Shown here piece after piece: positions 13,611 through 29,902 of a stretch of DNA of 64,000 nt. Source of the DNA: the human T2T-CHM13v2.0 reference genome, Homo sapiens. Position numbers and translations under genes: made by a program. Position 1 is the first letter of the stretch. Each line of letters starts with the position of its first letter. The DNA is taken from assembly GCF_009914755.1 (NCBI RefSeq), contig NC_060926.1. One strand, given 5' to 3'. The notes beneath the pieces were generated by a model. That model did not search any database, was not told the origin of the DNA, and saw nothing but the letters and a program-made list of their open reading frames with translations.

Positions 13611-14639
13611 TTTAAAAAAAAAAGACCAATCTGTCTGCTATCTTCAAAAGACTCATCTCACACATTATGATGCCCATAGGCTCAAAGTAAAGGGTTGGAG
13701 AAAGATCTACCGTGCAAACAGAAAACAAAAACAAGTAGGAGCTACTATTCTTATATCAGATAAAACAGACTTTAAACTAACACTAGTAAAAAAAGGACAA
13801 CAAAGGGCACTGCATAATAATGAAGTGTTCAATTCAACAAGATGACTTAACTATCCTAAATATATATGCACCCAGTATTGGAGCACCCAGAACCATAAAA
13901 CAAATACTTCTAAATCTACTAAAAGACTTAGGCAGCCACACCATAACAGCAGGGGACTTTAATACCCCACTGACAACGTTTGACAGATCGTCAAGGCAGA
14001 AAACTAACAAAGAAATTCTGAACTTGACCAATTGGATCTAATACACATCTACATAATACTCCACATATCAACCACAGAATATACATTTCTTCAAGATTGA
14101 CCATATGTTTGGCCATAAAGCAGGTCTCAACAAATTTTTTAAAATATCAAAATTATACTAACCATACTCTCACACTGTAGTGGAATAAAAACATAAATCA
14201 ATACCAAGAACTTCTCTTAAAGCTACACAGTTAAATGAAAATTGAAAAATTTGTTCCTGAATGACTTTTGGGTTAAACAATGAAATTAAGGCAAAAATCA
14301 AAAAAATCTTTGAAATAAATGAAAACAGAGACAAAACATACCAAAATCTCTGGGATGCAGCAAAAGCAATGTTAAGAGGAAACTTTATGACATTAAATGC
14401 CTACCTCAAAAAGCTAAAAAGATCTGAAATTAACAATCTAACAACATAACTAGAGGAAGTACAAAGACAAAAAAAAAGCTAGCAGAATAAAACAGACAAC
14501 TAAAATCTAAGTAGTACTGAATAAAATTGAGACCCAAAAATTCATGCAAAAAATCAACAAAACCAAAAGCTTGGTCTTTGAAAGGATAAACCAGATGGAT
14601 TCAGTGCTAGCTAGATTCACAAAACAAACAGTAGAAGAT

Positions 14640-14641
<2 letters not shown>

Positions 14642-14677
<36 letters not shown>

Positions 14678-14678
14678 A
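14642..14678. repeat. (CA)n microsatellite
   Basis: About 15 perfect AC units plus 'gacaca'. Confidence 0.95.
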
Positions 14679-15659
14679 AAATCAGAAATAAGAAAGGTGG
14701 CATTACAATGACCCCAGAGAAATACAAAAGATCTTCAGAGACTATTATGAACATCTGTATGCACACAAACTAGAAAACCTAGAGAAAATGGATAAATTCC
14801 TATAAATATACAAACCCCCAAGACTGAATCAGGAAGAAATTGAAACACTGAACAGATCAATGTTAAGTTCCGAAATTGAATCAGTAATAATAATTTTAGA
14901 AAACCTATCAACCAAAAAAAGCCCCAGACCAGATGCATTCACAGCCAAATTCTATAAGATGCACAAAGAGGAACTAGTACCAGTGATACTAAAACTATTG
15001 CAAAAAATTGAGGAAGGGCTCCTCCCTAACTCATTCTACAAAACCTAGCATCACTCTGATACCAAAACCTAGCAAAGACACAAGAAGAAAACTAGAAGCC
15101 AATATCCCTGATGAACATAAATGCAAAAATCCTCAATAAAAAACTAGCAAACTAAATACAAGAGTACACAAAAATTTAATTTACCATGATCAAGTAGGCT
15201 TTATTCCTGGAATGCAAGGTTGGCTCAACTTATGCAAATCAGTAAATATGGTTCACCACATACACAGAATTAAAAACAAAGACCATATGATCCTCTCAAT
15301 TGATGCAGAAAAAGCTTTTGATAAAATACAACATCACTTCATGGTAAAAACTCTCAAGAAACTAGGCATCAAAGTAACATACCACAGAATAATAAGAGCC
15401 ATCTATGACAAACCCACAGCCAACACCATACTGAACAGGCCAAAGCTGGAAGCATTCTCCTTGAGAACTAGAACAAGACAAGGATATCCACTCTCATCAC
15501 TCCCATTCAACATAGTACTGGATAGTGCTAGCCAGAGAAATCAGGCAAAAGAAAGAAATAAAAGGCATCCAAATAGGAAAAGAAGGAATCAAACTATCTC
15601 TTCACTGACAATATGATTCTATACCTAGAAAACCCTAAAGACTCCACTAAAAGGCTCCT

Positions 15660-16430
15660 GGATATCTGTGGAAAAAAACATTCTAGTCACAGAGAACAGC
15701 CAGTACAAAACCCCTGCAAAATAGTGTACTTGACCTGCTTAACATGGAGGTCAAGATGGTTGGAGAGTGGCAATGAAGGGAGAAGGTAATGGGAGATGTG
15801 GTCAGGAGGCAGTGAGTTGTACAGATCGTGTGAGGCTCTATCAAAAAATTTAGCTTTAATTTAGAATGTTTGGAAAGCCACATAAGTGGGAGGGTAAGAA
15901 AAGGTGGGGAGTTGGAAAACTGGCCGTGATAAGGGGCAAGATGATCTTGAGAGTAATGGTAGACATCAGAGGTGGTCAGATGCTGCACATATTTTGAGAA
16001 TACAGCCAAAAGGTATATTGACAGATTGAGTGTGGGGAGTGTTAAAAGGAAGTCAAGGGTAAGTCTAACAGGTTTTTTTTTCTTTTGCCTGAGCAATTGG
16101 AAAGATAAAATCGCTTTTGATAAGGGGCAAGCTGTAGGAGCAGCAGACTTTGGTAAGAGGAAGGTGCAGATATCAGGAGTTTGGATTTGAACAGGCTAAG
16201 ACTGAAATATTTATTAGACATCCAAATGGAGATGGAAAAAAGGCAGTTGGACACATGCATTTGTCATTCTGGGGAGAGGTATAAATTGGAGACATAAAAC
16301 TTGGAAGTCATCAACATATATAGGAGATTTAAAGATATGAAAGTGAAACACCAAGGAGAGAGTATTGATAGAAAAGAGAAGAGGATAGAAGAGTGAGCCT
16401 TGGTTCCTCCTACTGATGACTCTGGACATT
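15660..16430 (-). mobile_element. L2a continuation (right part of the interrupted L2)
   Basis: 'ggatatctgtggaaaaaaacattctagtcacagagaacagccagtacaaa...ttagacatccaaatggagatgg...ggcagttggacaca'. Confidence 0.85.
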
Positions 16431-18551
16431 AGAACATCCTTTATCAAATGTGTATTTTGCAAATATTTTCTCACAAGCTGTGGCTTAGTTTTTCATTCTG
16501 ACAGTGTTTATCAAAGAGCACAAATTTTTGATTTTAATAAAGCCAGACTTACCAGTTCTTTCTTTCATGGGTTATGTCTTTGGTTTTGCATCTAAAATGC
16601 CAAGCCCAAGTTTATCTACATTTTCTCCTATGTTATCCTCTGAAATTTTTATAGTTTTGTACTTTACATTTGGAATTGTGATCCATTTTGAGTTAATTTT
16701 TGTGAAGGGTGTAGGGTCTATGTCTAGATTCACTTTTTCTGCATGTGGACATCCAGTTGTTCTAGCACCATTTGTTGAAAGGACTCTTTGCTCCATTGTA
16801 TTGCCTCTGCTTCTTTGTTCAGGTCAGTTGACTATATTTATATGGGTCTATTTCTGGTCTCTCTATTATGTTTCATTGATCCATTTGTCTATTATTTTGC
16901 CAATTCCACACTATCTTAGTTGTAGCTTTGTAGGATTTCTTAGTCAGGTTGCACCAGTCCTAACTTTGTTTTCCCCTTTCAATATCATATTGGCTATTTT
17001 GGGTCTTTTGCCTGTCCATATAAACCTCAGAATCAGTTGGTTAATATCCATGAATAGCTTTAAGATTGCACTGAATCTCTAAATCAAATTAGGAAGAACT
17101 GAATTTTGACAGTATTGTCTTCCTATTCATGAATGTGGAATCTTTGTCTATATATCCCTTTGATTACTTTCATCTGAGGTTTATCATTTTCCTCATCTTT
17201 TACATGTTTTGCTAGATTTATATCTAGGCATTTTATTTTTAGGGGTACTAATGCAAATGATATTGCATTTCTAATTTAAACTTCTGCCTGTTCACTGCTG
17301 TCTCCTGAACCTTACTATAATTACTGGTTGCAGAAGTCTTTGGTTGATTCTTTAAGATTTTCTGCATACATGGTCATGTGATTGGTGACCAAAGAGATTT
17401 CTTTTTTTTTTTTTTCAATCTCTTACCTTTTGTTTCCTTTTCTTGCCTTATTACATTAGCTGGGATTTCCAGTATGTTGCTGAAAAGGAGTGATGAGAGG
17501 ACATCCTTGCCTTGTACCTGATCTCTCAGGCTGTAGGAAAACTTCAAGTATCTTACCATTAAGTATGATGTTAGCTGTAGGATTTTTGTAAATATTTTGT
17601 ATCAAGTTAAGGAAGATTCCTTCTATTCCAAGTCTACTTAAAGGTTTTATCATGAATGAATATTAGATATTATCTGCATCTATTGATATGAACATGTTAT
17701 TTTTCTTCTTTAGTCTGTTGATGTGATATATTACAGTAATTAATTTTCATTGTTGAACCAGCATTGAGGACTTGGTTGTGGTGTATAATTCTTTTTACAC
17801 CTTGTTGAATTTGAATTGCTATTATTTTGTTGAGGAGTTTTGCATCTTATTTTAGTGAAAGATGCTGGTCTTAAATGGTTGGTAGAATTCACCAGGGAAC
17901 CCATCTGGGCCTGGTAATTTCTGCTAATGAGGTTAATTATTAATTCAATTTCTCTAATAGATATAGGCTTTTCAAATTGTTTCTTTCTTCCTGCGAGAGT
18001 TTTGACAGTTTCTTGTGTCTTTCAAGAAATTGGTCCATTTAATCGAGATTATCAAATTTGTGGGCATAGAGTTTTCATAATATTTATTATTCTTTTAATG
18101 TCTTTGGGATCTGCAGTAATAGTCCTTTCATTTTTAATATTAGCAATTTGTGTTTTCTATATTTTCTTAGATAACTTAGGTAGAGACTTACTGATTTTAT
18201 TAATTTTGTCAAAGAACCAGCTTTTAGTTTTATTGATTATCTCTTTATCTGTTTTCAATTTCACTGATTTCTGCTCCAATTTTTATTATTTCTTTTCTTC
18301 TGCTTACTTTGGATTTACTTTGCTCTTTTTGCTTAGTTGCCGAAGATGAAAGCTTAAGTGATTAATTTTAGAGTTTCCCTCTTTTCTAACATATGCATTT
18401 AATACTGTAAGTTTCCCCTCTAACCACTGGTTTCAGAATATTCCACAAATTTTGATAAGTTGTTTTTATCTTAATTTAGTTCAGAGTATTTTAAAATTTC
18501 TCTTGAGCTTTCTTCTTTGACTCATATATTTTTTAGAAATGTGTTGCTCAG
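16431..18551 (-). mobile_element. L1M (L1MC/MD-like) ORF2 fragment, left part
   Basis: Minus-strand ORFs EKVNLDIDPTPFTKINSKWI and [13 protein letters not shown]...GTRQGCPL are L1 ORF2-like. Confidence 0.85.
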
Positions 18552-18562
18552 GAATTTCTTTC

Positions 18563-18572
18563 CAAGATGGCC
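18563..18572 (+). promoter_or_regulatory. YY1 site of the L1 internal promoter
   Basis: CAAGATGGCC at the 5' end of the L1 5'UTR. Confidence 0.75.
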
Positions 18573-19568
18573 AAATAGAAACAGCTCTAATCGGCAGCTC
18601 CCAGCGTGATCAACACAGAAGATGGGTGATTTCTGCATTTCCAACTGAGGTACCTAGTTCATCTTATTGGGACTGGTTGGACAATGGGTGCAGCCCATGA
18701 AGGGTGAGCTGAAACAGGGTGGGGCATCGCCTCACCTGGAAAGCACAAGGGGTCGGGGGATTTCCCTTTCCTAGCCAAGGGAAGCCATGGCAGACTGTAC
18801 CTGGAAAATCAGGAAATTCCAGCCCAAATACTGTGCTTTTCCAACGGTCTTAGTAAATGGAACACCAGGAGATTACATCCCCTACCTGGCTCAGCGGGTC
18901 CCACACCCACGGAGCATTGCTCACTGCTAGCACATCAGTCTGAGATCAACCTGTGAGGCAGCAGCCTGGCAGGGGGAGGGGCATCCACCATAGCTGAGAA
19001 TTGAGTAGGTAAACAAAGCAGCTAGGAAGCTCAAACTGAGCGGAGCCCACCGCAGCTCAGCAAGGCCTATTGCCTCTGTAGATTCCACCTCTGGGGGCAG
19101 GGCATAGCTGAAAAAAAGGCAGCAGAAACTTCTGCAGACTTACACATCCATGTCTGACAGCTCTGAAGAGAGCAGTGGTTCTCCCAGCATGGTGTTTGAG
19201 CTCTGAGAGTGGACAGACTGCCTCCTCAAGTGGGTCCCTGAACCCCATGTAGCCTAATTGGGAGACACCTCCCAGTAGGGGCTGACTGACACCTCATATA
19301 GGCCGGTGCCCCTCTGGGATCAAACTTCCAGAGGAAGGATCAGGCAGCAATATTTGCTGTTCTGCAGCCTCTGCTGGTGATACCCAGGCAAACAGGGTCT
19401 GCAGTGCACCTCCAACAAACCCCAACAGACCTGCAGCTGAGGGACCTGACTGTTTGAAGGAAAACAAACAGAAGGGAATAGCATCAACATCAACAAAAGG
19501 ACATCCACACCAAAACCCCATCTGTAGGTCACCAACATCAAAGACCAAAGGTAGATAAAACCACAAAG

Positions 19569-20592
19569 ATGGGGAGAAACCAGAGCAGAAAAGCTGAAAA
19601 TTCTAAAAACCAGAGCACCTCTTCTCTTCCAAAGGATCGCAGCTCCTCACCAGCAACGGAACAAAGCTGGACGAAGAATGACTTTGACGAGCTGACAGAA
19701 GTAGGCTTCAGAAGGTTGGTAATAACAAACTTCTCCGAGCTAAAGAAAGATGTTCGAACCCATCACAAAGAAGCTAAAAACCTTGAAAAAAGATTAGAGG
19801 AATGGCTAACTTGAATAAACAGTGTAGAGAAGACCTTAAATGACCTGATGGAGCTGAAAACCATGGCATGAGAACTACATGACACATGCACAAGTTTCAA
19901 TAGCTGATATGGTCAAGTGGAAGAAAGGGTATCAGTGATTGAAATCAAATTAATGAAATAAAGCAAGAAGAGAAGTTTAGAGGAAAAAGAGTAAAAAGAA
20001 ATAAACAAAGCCTCCAAGATATATGGGAATATCTGAAAGACCAAATCTATGTTTGATTGGTGTACCTGAAAGTGACAAGGAGAATGGAACCAAGTTGGAA
20101 AACACTCTTCAGGGTATTATCCAAGAGAACTTCCCCAACCTAGCAAGGCAGGCCAACATTCAAATTCAGGAAATACAAAGAACACCACAAAGATACTCCT
20201 TGAGAAGAGCAATCCCAGGACACATAAATGTCAGATTCACCAAGGTTGAAATGAAGGAAAAAATGTTAAGGGCAGCCAGAGAGAAAGGTCGGGTTACCCA
20301 TAAAGGGAAGCCCATCAGACTAACAGCAGATCTCTTAGCAGAAACTCTACAAGCCAGAAGTGAGTGGGGGCCAATATTCAACATTCTTAAAGAAAAGAAT
20401 TTTCAACCCAGAATTTCATATCCAGCCAAACTATGCTTCATAAGTGAAGGAGAAATAAAATCCTTTACAGACAAGCAAATGCTGAGAGATTTTGTCACCA
20501 CCAGGCCAGCCTTACAAGAGATCCTGAAGGAAGCACTAAACATGGAAAGGAACAACTGTTATCAGCCACTGCAAAAACATGCCAAATTGTAA
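19569..20592 (+). pseudogene. L1 ORF1p, disrupted
   Basis: MGRNQSRKAENSKNQ...; stop at 19812-19814 and a later frameshift; RRM/CTD part (RPNLCLIGVPE...YPAKL...QKHAKL) in 20023-20592. Confidence 0.92.
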
Positions 20593-20655
20593 AGATCATT
20601 GATGCTAGGAAGAAACTGCATCAATTAACGGGCAAAATAACCAGCTAATATCATA

Positions 20656-24462
<3,807 letters not shown>

Positions 24463-24697
24463 ACAATGAGAACACTTGGACACAGGGTGGGGAATATCAC
24501 ACACCAGGGCCTGTTGTAGGGTGGAGGCAGGGGGAGGAATAGCATTAGGAGAAATACCTAATGTAAATGATGAGGTACAGCAAAACAACATGGCACATAT
24601 ATACCTATGTAACAAACCTGCATGTTGTGCACATGTATCCTAGAACATACACTATAATAATTAAAAAAAAATTTAAAAAAAGAAATGTATTGCTCAG

Positions 24698-25600
24698 TCT
24701 CTAGTATTTGGAAACTTTTCAACTATCTTTCTGTTATTAATTTCTAGCTTAATTTCATTTTGGTCTGAGATCAGGCACTGCATAATTTTTATTTTAAAAA
24801 TTTATTAAGGAATGTTTTATGGCCCAGAACTTAGTCTATCTTGGTGAATGTGCCATGTGAGCTTGAGAAGAATATGTATTCTCCTGTTGTTAGACGACAT
24901 AGTCTATAGATAGATATTCATTAGATCCTGTTGTTTGATGGTGCTATTGAGTTCAACTATGTCCTTACTGATTTTCTGCCTGCTGGATTTGTCCATTTAT
25001 GATAGAGAGGTGTTGAAGTCTCTAACTCTGATACTGGATTATTTATTTCTTCTTCCTGTTACATCAGTTTTTGCTTCATGTATCGTGATGCTTTGCTCTT
25101 GGGCACATACACTCTAAGGATTGTTATGTCTTCTCGAAAAATCGACCCCTTTATCATTATGTAATGACCCCCTTTATCCCTGATAAGTTTTCTGGTCTAA
25201 AATCTATTCTGTATGGAATTAATATAGCTACTCTCACTTTCTTTTGATTAGGGTTAGCATGGTATATCTTTCTCTATCCATTTACTTCTAATCTAAATAT
25301 GTTTTATATTTAAAGTGAGTTTCTTGTAAGCACCATGTAATTGGGTCTTGTTTCTTGATCCACTCTGACAATCTCTGTCTTATAATTGGTGTATTTAGAC
25401 CATTGACATCAAAGTGATCATTGATGTAACTGAATTAATATTTGTTGTATTTTTTACTGTTTCCTATTGCCTTTGCTCTTGTTCCTATTTTTGTCTTTTA
25501 CTTTTTTTCTGCCTTTTGTAGTTTTGATTATTTTATATGATTAAATTCCCTCTCCTTTATTACCATATCAGTTCTACTCCTTTTCTTACACTTTTTAGTA
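24698..25600 (-). mobile_element. L1M ORF2 fragment, right part (same element as 16431-18551)
   Basis: Sequence resumes after the TSD; antisense endonuclease-like text 'gagaggtgttgaagtctctaact', 'acccctttatcattatgtaatgaccc'. Confidence 0.8.
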
Positions 25601-26638
25601 AGTGTTCTGAATTTTTATACTTTTAACTTCTTTTTCTTGTTTCTTTACTGGATAGAGCTTTACATACAATGTTGAATGAAAACAGATCTAGATATCCTTG
25701 ATTTCTTTCCAGTTATAAGGAAAATATTTCCCTTTTAGTATTTCCCACGTTGATTATAACATTTGCTTTAAGTTTTCTGTAGATATTCTTTATCTGGTGG
25801 TTAAAGTTTCCTTCTATTCTTAGGTTGATGAGACTTTATTTTTTTAATCATAAAAGGACATGAAATTTTATTAAATGCTTTTTCTGCATCTATTGACTTA
25901 TCCATATAATTTCTCTCATTTATTAATTTAGCAAGTTACATTAATTGATATTATAGGGTTAAACCACTTTGTATTCTTGAAATAAATTTAACTTATTTGT
26001 GATAATTTTGATTCTCATATATTGCTGGATTTTGTTTACTATTATTTTGTTTAGGATTGTTGCATCTATAATTACAGATGATTTCATTTTTTTGACTCAT
26101 CACCATCAGTATTGGTGTCAAAATTATGCTAGCTTTATCTATATTTTGCAATAGACAATGAAAAATTACAATTAATGTTTTTCTGAATATTTGATAGCAC
26201 TCACTTGTTAAAAACTATCTGAACCCTTGGCTGTTATGTGCATAGACCTTTTACATTCCAAAGTTTTAAATTATACTATCTAATTTTTTGATAATTATCT
26301 GAAATATTATGTTTTTTTATTGCTAATATTATGTTTGTGCTTTTTTCCCTTTGTTTTTTCCAGTTTTGTCAAATAAATTAATCCTTCACAAAATAAATGT
26401 TTATTGCTCATTTTTATTGTATGTTTGTACTTCATTAATTAATGCTCTTAAATTTATTACTTTCTTGCTTTCGTTTTCTTTGGGTTTTCTCTTAAGTTAA
26501 ATAATTTACATAGTTAGTTTCAGATCTTCTTTTAAACTATAAGTATTAAAGGCTATAAATTTTCCTACAGTACTGCTTTAGCCATATCCCCACAAGTCTT
26601 GATGATGTAGAAATCTAGCTATAGTTTATTTCTAAATA

Positions 26639-26716
26639 TTAGGTTAAACCTTAGGAAATTGTCATTTTTGTAGGTTAAAAATTGTTGAATGTCAGCAATT
26701 CTGTAGTTAAATTTAA
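26639..26716. mobile_element. MADE2 mariner MITE
   Basis: 78-bp imperfect palindrome 'ttaggttaaaccttaggaaattg...caattctgtagttaaatttaa' flanked by TA on both sides. Confidence 0.75.
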
Positions 26717-27052
26717 TATAGTCTAACTTTCACTATTATGTCTTTATCCACAATTCATATAGAAGCATGTTTGTTAATTTCCAAATAGATGTGTTTTTTT
26801 TCCAGTCAGCTTTCTTTTACCAATCTCTAAGAATTTTAATGTGATCAATAGGACAATTCATTTGAAGCCTTTATTAATTAGCTTATGACCCATTATATGT
26901 GTTCCATTTTAATAAATATTTGGCTTGTGTTTAAAAGGAATTTTTATTCTGCATTTGTTGATTGCATTGTTCTATAGAAGTCTAGCTGATAAAGCTGCTA
27001 TATTGTTCAATTTTCTGTATCAGTAGTGATTATTGTCTGCTTGCTCTATCAG

Positions 27053-27332
27053 TTTCTTTTCTTTCCTTTTTTTTTTTTCCACAATCTCAGCTCACTACAA
27101 CTACAACCTTACAACCTCTGCCTCCTGGCTCAAGTAATTCTCCCACCTCAGCCTCCCAAGTAGCTGGGACTACAGGTGCACACCAACATGCCCAGCTAAC
27201 TTTTGTATTTTCAGTAGAGTCAGGATTTCACCTTGTTGCCCAGGCCAGTCTTGAACTCCTGTGCTCAAGCTATCCACCCACCTCGGCCTCCCACAGTGCT
27301 AGGATTACAGGTGTGAGCCACCATGCCTGGCC
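27053..27332 (-). mobile_element. Alu SINE (AluJb-like) with a deletion near its 3' end
   Basis: Antisense Alu ending 'gagccaccatgcctggcc'; poly(T) joined directly to 'cacaatctcagctcac'. Confidence 0.9.
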
Positions 27333-28614
27333 AATTTCCAAAAGATATATATTAATATATCCCACTATGTTGGTGCAGTTTTAAATTTCTCCCCATAATG
27401 TTGTTAGCTATTTTTACTTTATAGATTCTGATGTTGTCATAAGGGTGGAGTTGTTATATATTCTTAGTTAACTGAATCATTTATTATTATAGAATAATCC
27501 TCTTAATCACTACTAACATCTGTTGCTTCCAATTCTGTTTTTAAATATATAACATTTTCTTATATACAACATAATATATATTTTTATTACTGTATGTTAA
27601 TATACATTATCTTTTACATAGAATTTGCCTTGGCATAGCTTTTTCCATTTGATTTCAACCATTCTGTGACCTCATAGGTTTGCCGTATCTCTTGTAAATT
27701 GTACATATTAGTAGCTATACTTTAGATATTTATCTGGACTAACAATCTTTTTTAAATGGGACTTCAGTTTATTTACATTTATTGTAGCTACAGATATATT
27801 TAAATTCATTTTTAACATTTAATTATGAGTTATTTGTTCTACATTTAAAAAAATATATCTTTTTCTCTCTTCTCTTGCCTTCATTTGCCTATTTTTTCCT
27901 CATTACTTACCCCCTTCCTAATTTAGAGTAATTCACTTTATTTCGGTTCTAGAAATTTCAGAATGCTTGCTTATCTCATCAAAGTTTAAGTGTATTAAAT
28001 ATCTTTACTCTCCTTCTTCCAAAATACAAAAGACGAAACCATTCAACACCAATTCCCAGAACTTTACTTAATTCTACTGTTTAAATATATTGTGGTTTTA
28101 TTATTTTTAACCATTTAAGACATTACTATTGTCATTTCATATAGTCAGTACTAAGTTTATCCACTTATATTTTTGTTCTTATCATTTCTTTTTAGACCTT
28201 CCATCTGAGATCACTTTCCCTTTGCTTGAAGTATATCCTTAATGAGGTTCCTTTGGTGATAAAAGTTTAGCATTTATTTGTCTAAATATGTTTTGTAGAC
28301 ATGCACATGTAAGATGATACTGTCTCTCTGAACGTCTCTTCAAGATATTAATTTATTGTCTTGCAGTTTAATTGTTATTCTTGAGAAGTCGGCTCTCAGC
28401 TGGAATATCATTCCTTTGAAGGTAAACTCATAGTTTTCTGCAACTGTTTTTAAGGTCTTCTTATTTGTTTTAGTGATTCAGTTTCTCTATGATGCTTCTT
28501 CGTGTGGATTTTTTTTTCCTCCTTGGCATTTGCTTGAATTTCTGAATAATGAATGGATCTCTCATTCATTCTAGAAACTTATCTGCCATTATCTTTAAAA
28601 TATTGCCTCTAATG

Positions 28615-29022
28615 CATGTCTAGTAACTTGGTAATAAATTGACCTAAACATGCAATGGCTCAACACAATAGAACTTTATTATTTCCTCTTCTGTCATGAG
28701 TAGGTGCATAACTAGGCAGGGCTAACCTCCTCCATCTGGTCATTCAGTGAACAAACTGATGGATGCTCTGCCTTTTTAACACATGACTTTTCAAAGTCAT
28801 CTCCATCCAAGCCAATCATAAGGAAAAAATAACATGAAGGAACACATATAAGAAGTATTTTATAAACTGAGCTTAGAAAAGGAACACATAATATTTTGTA
28901 TCAATTGGCTATAATCCAGTCATATGGCCACCCTAATATCAAGTGAAGCTAGAAAATACAGTCTATGTGCCCAGGAAATAAAGAATTTGCATTTGGTTAC
29001 ATAGCTAGCAGTTTCTGATGTA
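28615..29022 (-). mobile_element. MaLR solo LTR, MLT1I/J-like
   Basis: 'caatggctcaacacaatagaactttatt' and 'attggctataatccagtcatatggccaccct...gctagaaaatacagtctatgtgcccaggaa'. Confidence 0.65.
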
Positions 29023-29902
29023 CCATTCTCTTTTTACTCTCTTTCTAGATCTATGCTGTATCATTTCACTCTATCTCCTGCTTTTCTTAATCTCTCTCTC
29101 ATATTTTCCATGTGCTGTGTTCCTTTGTTCTGCATTATGTTTTTTTTTTTTGAGATATTCTTTATTTCATTAATTCTATCTGCAGCTGAGTCTACTCTGC
29201 TGCTAAACCCATCCATTTATATTTTAACTTCAATTGTCCTATTTCCAATTGCTAGAAATTTTGTCTGGTACTGTTTCAAATCTGTAAGTTTGCTTTTTAT
29301 AGTTCCTGCATTCCAAACATATTTTCAGTCTTGTAGTATTTGTTTTAACTTGGTAATCATAGTTGTTTAAAATAATTCCAACATATGAACATTCTGGGGA
29401 TTTGATTATGCTCTTGTATTTCTGATGGCTTTCACTCACAGTGCCTTGTTTCTTTGCATATTGTATATTGTTAGTTTCAGATTAATTTCCACAGAGAGTA
29501 TCTGTGATTGCTACTGCTAGAATTCTGAGAGCACTACCAACCTGAAGCCACTTTAAAGTAACATCTCATCTTTGTTTTTGTTTCTGTTTTGGTTTTTTGG
29601 CTCTTTTGGATCGCCTAAATTGTGGGCATTCAGAATTCTAAGGCTTTTGGGGCTGGCTGGGGATTATTATTTCTCAAAGGAGCTTTTTTCCTCTTCCACT
29701 TAGAACTAAAATTCAAAACAACAGCTTTATGTGCAGTATCCTCTAGGAAAGAGACAAGAAGTGAGGTATGCTTATTTCTTGTTCACCTTTACACTGTGGG
29801 TATAGGCCTCTAGTATCCCAGCTTAATCCTTGTGGTTGACATATTTGACTCTTCAAGTTGCAAAAACCTACCCTGGGATGTTTTCGGTTCCCTGTACACT
29901 GT

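Larger units (their letters stand above)
11171..15663 (+). mobile_element. Old primate L1 (L1PA15/16- or L1PB-like): partial 5'UTR, dead ORF1 (~11859-13148), ORF2 from the endonuclease to mid-RT; 3' end absent
   Basis: ORF1-like peptide [30 protein letters not shown]; ORF2 peptides LTILNIYAPSIGAP and [18 protein letters not shown]; many stops and frameshifts; ends abruptly at 'aaccctaaagactccactaaaaggctcctgga'. Confidence 0.9.
25620..29460 (-). mobile_element. Second, more decayed L1M/L1ME-like element, interrupted by MADE2, an Alu and MLT1
   Basis: RT-region antisense text recurs ('tacaatgttgaat...atatccttgatt', 'aaatgctttttctgcatctattga'); T-rich; boundaries approximate. Confidence 0.6.

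Noticed and set aside
16504-17082. 192-aa hydrophobic ORF resembling a membrane protein (also 17927-18349, 29053-29370)
   Set aside because: Antisense reading of T-rich L1 sequence.
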